From: a bacterium
GTDB lineage: Bacteria; Myxococcota_A; UBA9160; SZUA-336
Assembly (NCBI GenBank): GCA_041498295.1
Contig: JBGQIB010000002.1
Coordinates: forward strand, 1,101 to 65,100
DNA length: 64,000 nt
Direction of reading: 5' to 3'
Of this stretch, positions 57,506 through 64,000 are shown piece by piece. How positions within the stretch are numbered: position 1 is the stretch's first letter; every line of letters starts with the position of its first letter. The translations under genes and the position numbers were made by a program. The notes beneath the pieces are model-generated. The model ran no database searches. It was not told the DNA's origin and saw only the letters and a program-made list of their open reading frames with translations.

Positions 57506-58495
57506 CTATAGGAAGTTCACGCCGTCGACGCCGATCGACTCCCACTCCTTGATCGCGCGCACGATGCGCTCGGGGTCGCCGATCGCCATGCCCTCGGGCA
57601 CGCCGCTCGCGTCGCCCGGGCTGCCTTCCCGACGCACGGGCGCGGGCGCCAGATTCGCGAGTGACCCGTAGGCGCGCGTCGGGTACGCCTCGCGCGTGAA
57701 CAGGAGCTGCGCGTTCTCCTGCCCGAAGAGCCCGAGCATGCCGAGCCCCGTACGCGCCGCCTCGTTCGCGTCTTCGTGGCAGTAGAGAAAGTTCAAGGTC
57801 GCGACCTGTGAGTTCAGCGCGCCGATCGGCGTGCAATTCGCGATGCGGCGCCGGTACTCGGCGGTGCGCCGCTCCTGCTCCTTGAAGCTCGCGGCCGCGA
57901 CGCCGAGACAGCCGATGCCGCGCTCGGCCGCGTCGAGCTCCGTGCCCGGCGAAGTCACCGTGACCCAGAGCGGCGGATGCGGCTGCTGCACCGGCTTGGG
58001 GAGGATCGCGCGCTCGGGCACCGAGAACGACGTGCCCTGCCACGAGAAGCGCTCCTGGGTCCACATTCTCGGCAGCGCGCGAATCGTCTCGTCCCAAGTC
58101 TGCTTCGTCGTGTCGGGGTCGATCTCGAAGCCGCCGAGCTCGCTCCACGTCGACGAGCGCGCGGTGCCGAGCTCGAGTCTCCCGCCGGAGAGGATGTCGA
58201 GCACGGCGGCCCGCTCGGCGATTCGAACCGGGTGATTCATCGCGGGCACGCAGACCACTGCGCCGTGCCCGACACGGATCTGTTTCGTCTGCATCGCGCA
58301 CGCGGTGAGAAACAGCTCGGGCGCGGAGCAGTGCGAGTACTCCTCGAGGAAGTGGTGCTCGACGGCCCAGACGGTGTCGAAGCCGAGCTCGTCGGCGAGG
58401 CGCACCTGCGCGAGTGCGTTCTCGTAGACCGCGCGCTCGACTCCCGGTGCGAACGGCCGCGGCACGGACAGCTCGTAGAAGATCCCGAAACGCAT
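57506..58495 (-). CDS. luciferase-like monooxygenase (LLM, flavin/F420-dependent oxidoreductase class)
   Basis: MRFGIFYEL start; TIM-barrel LLM motifs (FDTVWAVEHHF, LDILSGGRLELG). Confidence 0.85.
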   Translation of the reverse strand: MRFGIFYELSVPRPFAPGVERAVYENALAQVRLADELGFDTVWAVEHHFLEEYSHCSAPELFLTACAMQTKQIRVGHGAVVCVPAMNHPVRIAERAAVLDILSGGRLELGTARSSTWSELGGFEIDPDTTKQTWDETIRALPRMWTQERFSWQGTSFSVPERAILPKPVQQPHPPLWVTVTSPGTELDAAERGIGCLGVAAASFKEQERRTAEYRRRIANCTPIGALNSQVATLNFLYCHEDANEAARTGLGMLGLFGQENAQLLFTREAYPTRAYGSLANLAPAPVRREGSPGDASGVPEGMAIGDPERIVRAIKEWESIGVDGVNFL

Positions 58496-58515
58496 CAAAG
58501 CAATCGTAGCAGGAC

Positions 58516-59430
58516 GTGCCATTACATGATTTGACCGTCAACGCCGATCGATGTAATATCGCCACGATGATCCCGAGCCCCAAGAGCGCGCTCCTCGACC
58601 TGCTGCAGACGACGCGCGGTCGTTCCCTGCCCGTGCGCGCCCTGCTCGAGGCCGGGGCGCTCTTCGGGCTGCAGGAAAACGGCATGCGCGTCGCGCTCGC
58701 GCGGCTGGTCGCGCGCGGCTTGGTCGAGCGCGATGGGCCTGGGCGATATCGACTCGCGGCAGGCGCGCAGCCGATCTAGCGGCGTGTCGGCGGCTGGACG
58801 AGCGCGGACCAACGCGCGGTTCGCTGGGATGGCGCTTGGATCGGCGTGCTCACACAGGGGCGCGCGAACGGCGACCGCGCGACACGCCGCGGTGACGCGC
58901 GCGCCCTCGCCTTCCTCGGCTTCGCGCGGCTCGCGCCGGGTCTCTGGATCCGCCCCGACAATTTGCGCGGCGGAGTCGAGGCCACGCGCGAGGCGCTGCA
59001 CGAGCTCGGGCTCGACCCACACGTTTCGGTGTTGCGCCTCTCGGAGCTCGACCCGAAGACCGAGATGCGCGCGCGCCGGCTCTGGGACGCGGACTCACTC
59101 GTCGCCGCGCAGCGCCAGGCGCGCGAAGCGCTCGAGCGCAGCGCGGCGAAGCTCGCGCGACTCTCGCCCAGCGCGGCGATGGTCGAGACGTTTCTGGTCG
59201 GCGGCCGGGCGATTCGCCAGATCGCCCTGGACCCGTGTCTGCCCGAAGCGATCGCGCCCGAGAAGGAGCGACGCGCGCTGCTCGCGGCCATGCGGGAGTA
59301 CGACCGCGCCGGGCGCGCCTGCTGGCGGGACTTCATGCGCGCGCACGACGCGCCACACCGCGCGGCGCCCGCGAACCTCGCGGGCTTGTCGGGCGAAGCG
59401 CGCGCCGCCGCAATGGGGAGTCTGTCATGA
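58516..59430 (+). pseudogene. PaaX-family transcriptional regulator interrupted by a single in-frame TAG at 58777-58779
   Basis: The N-terminal wHTH (LLDLLQTTRGRSLPVRALLEAGALFGLQENGMRVALARLVARGLVERDGPGRYRLA) and the C-terminal domain (WDGAWIGVLTQGRANGDRATRRGDARALAFLGFARLAPGLWIRP, the PaaX hallmark) are in the same frame, separated only by the TAG. The 3' end is ATGA-coupled to the desaturase gene. Confidence 0.55.
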
Positions 59431-60398
59431 GCTCGAGCCCGGAGACCTGGGAAGCCTGGAACTGGCGCGAGGCGCTGTCGGTCGAGGAGCGGCGCGAGCT
59501 GCTCGAGGTCGACGACCTACACGGCTTCGCGTCGATCGCGCTGAATTGGGCGCTGGTGTTCGGCGCGATGGCGCTGGTCGCGTGGGCGCCGAATCCAGTC
59601 ACGATCATCTTCGCGCTGTTCGTGATCGGCGCACGCCAGCTCGGCTTCGCGATCCTCATGCACGAGGCCGCGCACCGCTCGCTCTTCGGCACGCGCTGGC
59701 TCAATGACTGGGCCGGTAACTGGCTCGCCGCGTACCCGGTCTGGGCCGAGGTCGCGCCGTATCGCCGCTATCACCTGGTCCATCACGCGAAGACCGGCAG
59801 CGCGGGAGACCCGGACCTCGGCCTCATCACGCCATTCCCGATCACGCGCGCGAGCTTCGCGCGAAAAGTGTTTCGCGATCTCTCGGGGCAAACCGGCGGG
59901 AAGCAGGCCAAGGCCGTATTTCTGCGGGACATCGGCTGGGGCGCGGGCCGCTCACAACGCGATCTCGGCATGAACCGCGGAGAACAGCCGGACATCGGCT
60001 GGCGCAAGCTCGCGCCCGTCGTGCTCACAAACGCGGTGCTCCTCGGCATCCTGACGCTCGCCGGTCACCCCGCGCTCTATCTCCTCTGGGTCGCGTCCTG
60101 GCTCACGACTTACCGGCTCGTGACTCGCATCCGCTCGATCGCCGAGCACGCGCTCACCCCCGACGCGAACGACGCGCTGAACAACACGCGTACGACGATC
60201 GCGCGTTGGTGGGAGCGCCTGCTGATCGCGCCGAACCGCGTGAATTACCACCTCGAGCACCACCTGATCATGACCGTCCCGCACTACAAGCTGCCGCGCT
60301 TCCACCGCATGCTGCGCGAGCGCGGCGTGCTCGGCGACGCGTGCGTGGCCTATGGCTATCTCGGCGTGCTGAAGTTCGCGGCGTCGAAGTCAGGCTGA
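59427..60398 (+). CDS. membrane fatty-acid desaturase
   Basis: Three His boxes (HEAAH, HLVHH, HLEHH) and TM segments. Confidence 0.9.
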   Translation: MSSSPETWEAWNWREALSVEERRELLEVDDLHGFASIALNWALVFGAMALVAWAPNPVTIIFALFVIGARQLGFAILMHEAAHRSLFGTRWLNDWAGNWLAAYPVWAEVAPYRRYHLVHHAKTGSAGDPDLGLITPFPITRASFARKVFRDLSGQTGGKQAKAVFLRDIGWGAGRSQRDLGMNRGEQPDIGWRKLAPVVLTNAVLLGILTLAGHPALYLLWVASWLTTYRLVTRIRSIAEHALTPDANDALNNTRTTIARWWERLLIAPNRVNYHLEHHLIMTVPHYKLPRFHRMLRERGVLGDACVAYGYLGVLKFAASKSG

Positions 60399-60499
60399 GC
60401 AACGCTCGCGCCATTTGGGCTCGTCGCGCAACTGTGTATGCCAAGCCGGCGGTACGCCGAAGCGCTCGTGCCTCGCCTTTGAGCGCAGGGATCCGGGAG

Positions 60500-60730
60500 T
60501 CAGGGCCAGCGCGGTGACTCCGCAGGCGCGAGCTCCATGGCCGTCGCGAACGCCAGTCGATTCGTGCGGACGTGCGTGCGGACCGCCGTGCGGGCATCTC
60601 GAAGCCCTTGGCGAGGTCGAGCGTCCAGAACGGATGCCACTCGCTGACACGCGATTCCCCGACCCGCGCCGCGCGTCGCGCCCGCGACCAGCGCGACCTT
60701 CCCCGCCAACGGCTTCGCTCGATCAGTCAT
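60500..60730 (-). pseudogene. N-terminal remnant of a short-chain dehydrogenase/reductase (SDR)
   Basis: MTDRAKPLAGKVALVAGATRGAGRGIA matches the SDR TGxxxGIG cofactor motif, but similarity is lost after ~27 aa in all frames. Confidence 0.3.
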
Positions 60731-60787
60731 GCGTGGTCGCCATTCGCCATCGACTCAGCCTACACTGCCCGCACTCGGAGGGTCGCC

Positions 60788-61207
60788 ATGCGCTTCATCG
60801 TGCGTCTCGTCGTTCTGCTGCTGCTGCTCGGGGTCGCGTTCTTCGCCTCGATCTACATCGCGTCCGAGTACGGGGGCGAGGTCGTGGTGCTGCGCACACA
60901 CGACGGCGACGCGGAGCGGGCGACTCACCTCTGGGTGGTCGACGACGGCGGCTTCGCGTTTCTGCGCGCGGGACAGCCGACGTCGGGCTGGCTCGCGCGC
61001 ATCGAGGCGAACCCGGACGTCACGGTCGAGCGCGGCGGTCAGACGTACCACTTCACCGCCGTGCCTGTGCACGAGCCGGTGGTGCGCGACCGGATTCACG
61101 CGCTGATGCGCGAGAAGTACCCGCTCGCGGATCGGCTGATCAGCGTGATTCGCGATCCGGACTGCTCGGTGCCCGTCCGGCTCGACCCGCTGCGCAGCGG
61201 CCAGTGA
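60788..61207 (+). CDS. hypothetical membrane-anchored protein (139 aa)
   Basis: MRFIVRLVVLLLLLGVAFFASIYIASEY N-terminal TM, followed by a beta-rich soluble domain. Start at 60788. Confidence 0.5.
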   Translation: MRFIVRLVVLLLLLGVAFFASIYIASEYGGEVVVLRTHDGDAERATHLWVVDDGGFAFLRAGQPTSGWLARIEANPDVTVERGGQTYHFTAVPVHEPVVRDRIHALMREKYPLADRLISVIRDPDCSVPVRLDPLRSGQ

Positions 61208-61209
61208 CT

Positions 61210-62508
61210 CTAGGCCGCGAGCTCTCGCGCGCGCAGCGCGAGACCGCTCGCGACCGAGACGAGCTCGTCGCCGGAGCGGATGCGCTCTTCCCCGAAGCGC
61301 TGGGCGAAGAGCGCGCGCACCGCGGGCACGAGCGACGACCCGCCGGTGAGAAATACGCGGTCGACGTCGCCGCGCGCGACCCCGCAGTCGGCGAGCAGCG
61401 CGTCGACGCACGCGGAGATCGCCGCGAGCTCGGGCGCGATCCAGCCCTCGAAGGACGCGCGCGCGACGGGCGCCGCGATCTTCACGGGCCCGTGCTCGAA
61501 GACGAGCTCCGCCTCCGGACCGCGCGTCAGCGCGAGCTTCGCGCGCTCCACCGCTCGGTGTAGGGGGAAGCCGAGATCCTCTTGCACGACGTGCACGAGC
61601 GCGGCGAAGCGCTCCGGCTCGAGCGCCTCGCGCTGCAGGTCGAAGAGCAGCTGCAGGGTGCGCGGCGAACGCAGGAACGAGAGGTGATGCCAGCGCTCGA
61701 GGTGACCGTAGATCCAGCGCGGCACCGGCAGCACACGCCCAAAGATCGAGCGGTACTCGGCGCCCATTCCGAGCGCGGGGGCGATCAGCGCGCGCACCAT
61801 GCGCCCGTCGAAGACGTCTCCCGCGACGGGTACGCCGGCGTTGCCGAGCACCGGGCGCGCGCCGCCGGCATCGCGTTCCGCGCGGGCGCGGGGCCCGACG
61901 CGGATCAGCGAGAAGTCACTCGTGCCGCCGCCAAAGTCGCCGATCAGGACCAGCTCGTCGTGGTCGAGCGAGCGCTCGTAGTGATACGCCGCCGCGACCG
62001 GCTCGTACTCGAAGACGATGTCTTCGACTCCCGCGGTCGCGAACGCGGCGCGCAGACGCGCGAGCGCGAGCTCCTCGTCCTCGGCCGAGCGCGCCGCCAC
62101 GAAGCGCACGGGCCGGCCGACGACGACCGTACCCGAGACCTCGCCGACGTCGTCGGTCGCCTCGCGGAAGAGCGCGCGCAATAGGACGGCGATCAGCGCC
62201 TCGAGGCGATACTCCCGCTCGAAGATGCGCGTCGCCGAGAAGTCGCGCGCCGCGAGAAACGACTTCAGTGACTGTACGAGCCGGCCCGGCTCCTCGGCGG
62301 CGAGATAGCGGGCGATCGCGCGCGGCCCCGCGAGCTCGCGCGCCGGCCCCGGCGCCTCCGCGTCTCGCTCGAAATAGACCACCGAGCGGAATGTCTGCGT
62401 GAGCTTCCCGCCGCCGCGTGCGAAGCGGGCGACGCGCGCAGGTCCATCCGAGTCGGCGCGCGCGAGCGCTGAGTTCGTCGTCCCGAAATCGACGCCGAAG
62501 GCAGTCAC
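61210..62508 (-). CDS. Hsp70-family ATPase, truncated YegD/HscC-like paralogue (no substrate-binding lid)
   Basis: FGVDFGTTNS, GDFGGGTSDFS and FLTGGSSLVP are actin/Hsp70 ATPase motifs. ~430 aa, GTG start at 62508. Confidence 0.75.
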   Translation of the reverse strand: MTAFGVDFGTTNSALARADSDGPARVARFARGGGKLTQTFRSVVYFERDAEAPGPARELAGPRAIARYLAAEEPGRLVQSLKSFLAARDFSATRIFEREYRLEALIAVLLRALFREATDDVGEVSGTVVVGRPVRFVAARSAEDEELALARLRAAFATAGVEDIVFEYEPVAAAYHYERSLDHDELVLIGDFGGGTSDFSLIRVGPRARAERDAGGARPVLGNAGVPVAGDVFDGRMVRALIAPALGMGAEYRSIFGRVLPVPRWIYGHLERWHHLSFLRSPRTLQLLFDLQREALEPERFAALVHVVQEDLGFPLHRAVERAKLALTRGPEAELVFEHGPVKIAAPVARASFEGWIAPELAAISACVDALLADCGVARGDVDRVFLTGGSSLVPAVRALFAQRFGEERIRSGDELVSVASGLALRARELAA

Positions 62509-62624
62509 GGTGGTCCCCCCGTGTCCCGGCGCCCCGCGCGGGTCTCGCGCGGGAGCGGGCGGCGCAGGATGCGCTGACACTTCGGCTCGCGCAAGGGCCG
62601 GACGAGACGCGGTAGCATTCGACG

Positions 62625-63956
62625 ATGTCGCAGCTTCGTCTCGATGTAGATCCAAAGCTCGAGCTCGATCGCAAGCGGATGTCCGCGGAGCAGGCCGCCG
62701 CGCTCGTGAAATCTGGCGAGCAGCTCTGGATTCCGAGCACCCACGCGCCGCTCTCCATCTTGGCGGCGCTCGCCGCGCGCGGCAGCGAGCTGCGCGGCGT
62801 GAAGCTCCGCAGCACGATCCTCCCGGACTTCGGCTGGTTCCGGCGCGAGGCGATGGACTCGTTCGACGTGCAGATCCAGTACGCCGTGCAGCCCGACGCG
62901 CGCCAGGCGCTGGCCGAGCGCGTGATCGACTTTCATCCGCTCTCTATGATCATGCAGCACAAGGCGATCGACGCGGGCCGGATCGAAGCGCAGCCGATCG
63001 ACAAGTTACTCCTCACGGTGTCGCCGCCGGACGAGCGCGGCTGGAGCAGCGCCGGGAACGCGTGCTGGGACGCGGTGTCGAGCGCAAAGCGCGCGCGCAT
63101 GGTCGTGGCCGAGATGAACGAGTCGGTCGTGCGCATGTGCGGTGACAGCTGGCTGCACGTCTCGCAGTTCGACGCGCTGGTCGCGAATCACCGGCCGCGC
63201 GTGGTCGCCCCGACCCCGACCGAGTTCGACGCGGTGGACCGCGCGATCGCCGGCCACGTCAAGGGCCTGATCCCCGACGGAGCCACGATTCAGATCGGCC
63301 TCGGGTCACACACGGGTGTGTTGCTATTGCTCGGCGCGTTCGACGATCGAAACGACCTGTCGTACTTCGGCGAGCTCACCGTGCCAGGCCTCGTCGGCCT
63401 GGCGCGCCGCGGCGTGATCAACGGCCGGCGCGCGGCGCTGCACCCCGGCAAGTTCGTGGCCGCGCACATCGGCAACTCACTCGAGGACCTCGACTTCATC
63501 GAGCGCAATCCCGCCTTCGAGGTGCACTCCTACGAGCACACCAACGACCCGCGTGCGATCGCCGCGCACGACGACATGGTCGCGATGAACGGCGCGCTCA
63601 TGGTCGATCTCACCGGCCAGATCGGCGTGTACGCGTTCGGCCCGCAGGTCTACACGGGTCTCGGCGGGCACCTCGGCTTCGCGCTGGGCGCGTTCCTGGC
63701 GAAGCGCGGGCGCTACGTCACGGTGTTGCCCTCGACCGCGCGCGGCGGAAAGGTCTCGACGATCGTGGCGTCCTTCGACAAGGGTCAGATCATCTCGATC
63801 CCGCGCGAGCTCGCGGACACGATCGTCACCGATCAGGGTGTCGCCCGCCTACTCGGCAAGTCCGTGCGCGAGCGGACCGAGGCCATGCTAGAGATCGCGC
63901 ACCCGGATTTCAGAGAAGATCTCCGAAAGGCCGCGCGCGCGCTCTACTGGCCCTGA
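62625..63956 (+). CDS. acetyl-CoA hydrolase/transferase family protein (4-hydroxybutyrate CoA-transferase-like)
   Basis: Both N- and C-terminal AcetylCoA_hydro domains are present (GLGSHTGVLLLLG, GGHLGFALGA). Confidence 0.85.
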   Translation: MSQLRLDVDPKLELDRKRMSAEQAAALVKSGEQLWIPSTHAPLSILAALAARGSELRGVKLRSTILPDFGWFRREAMDSFDVQIQYAVQPDARQALAERVIDFHPLSMIMQHKAIDAGRIEAQPIDKLLLTVSPPDERGWSSAGNACWDAVSSAKRARMVVAEMNESVVRMCGDSWLHVSQFDALVANHRPRVVAPTPTEFDAVDRAIAGHVKGLIPDGATIQIGLGSHTGVLLLLGAFDDRNDLSYFGELTVPGLVGLARRGVINGRRAALHPGKFVAAHIGNSLEDLDFIERNPAFEVHSYEHTNDPRAIAAHDDMVAMNGALMVDLTGQIGVYAFGPQVYTGLGGHLGFALGAFLAKRGRYVTVLPSTARGGKVSTIVASFDKGQIISIPRELADTIVTDQGVARLLGKSVRERTEAMLEIAHPDFREDLRKAARALYWP

Positions 63957-64000
63957 CCTGAGCTAGGCGGCAAGGCGCCGCGAGCGGCGGCGCGCAGCGA

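Noticed and set aside
56670-58685. 671-aa minus-strand ORF
   Set aside because: It spans the LLM gene in a different frame. Only its last ~245 codons (56670-57407) look protein-like, and these are kept as a hypothetical protein.
1-64000. Searched for CRISPR arrays, rRNA, tRNA (T-loop GGTTCGAATCC-like motifs) and integrase or transposase genes
   Set aside because: None found. The only periodic repeats are the 27-bp in-frame coding repeats and the 13-bp tandem duplication. No IS-like or phage-like genes flank the low-GC island.

Overview
The window is a 64-kb stretch of very GC-rich bacterial chromosome (about 75-78% GC in typical 60-bp stretches counted by hand). The gene content includes a 2600-aa TPR protein, a eukaryotic-like Ser/Thr kinase, two Hsp70 paralogues plus a J-protein, a GldA/F/G-type ABC-2 system, NtrY/NtrX and many RG/AR-rich linkers. 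This is consistent with a myxobacterium-like deltaproteobacterium, but that is inference only. About 58 protein-coding genes are supported, mostly housekeeping or metabolic, and they are listed under features. Many adjacent genes are translationally coupled by ATGA/GTGA start-stop overlaps. No rRNA, tRNA or CRISPR array was seen. Most interesting: a ~1.7-kb clearly low-GC island (about 33.39-35.1 kb; one sampled 60-bp stretch is 53% GC) sits between gdhA and an oxidoreductase gene. It encodes a small two-TM membrane protein and a cytoplasmic trypsin-fold serine protease with a good SD. This is a candidate horizontally acquired, uncharacterised two-gene module, possibly defence, abortive-infection or toxin-like. 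Other notable items: (1) a ~490-bp low-GC element bounded by ~57-bp inverted repeats at 23.34-23.83 kb, nested in a 20-bp hairpin; (2) a ~45-bp intergenic repeat family present in at least 3 copies (16.68, 21.78 and 27.25 kb); (3) three apparently disrupted genes: a PaaX-like regulator with an in-frame TAG, a secreted TSP3-repeat protein with an in-frame TAG plus a frameshift, and a lipoprotein/L,D-transpeptidase split by a frameshift; (4) in-frame 27-bp tandem repeats inside a DUF4243 gene; (5) a fusion of two thioredoxin-like domains to an octaheme cytochrome c, coupled to a family-4 UDG; (6) an AurF-like diiron oxygenase/TetR/SnoaL/FAD-monooxygenase cluster.
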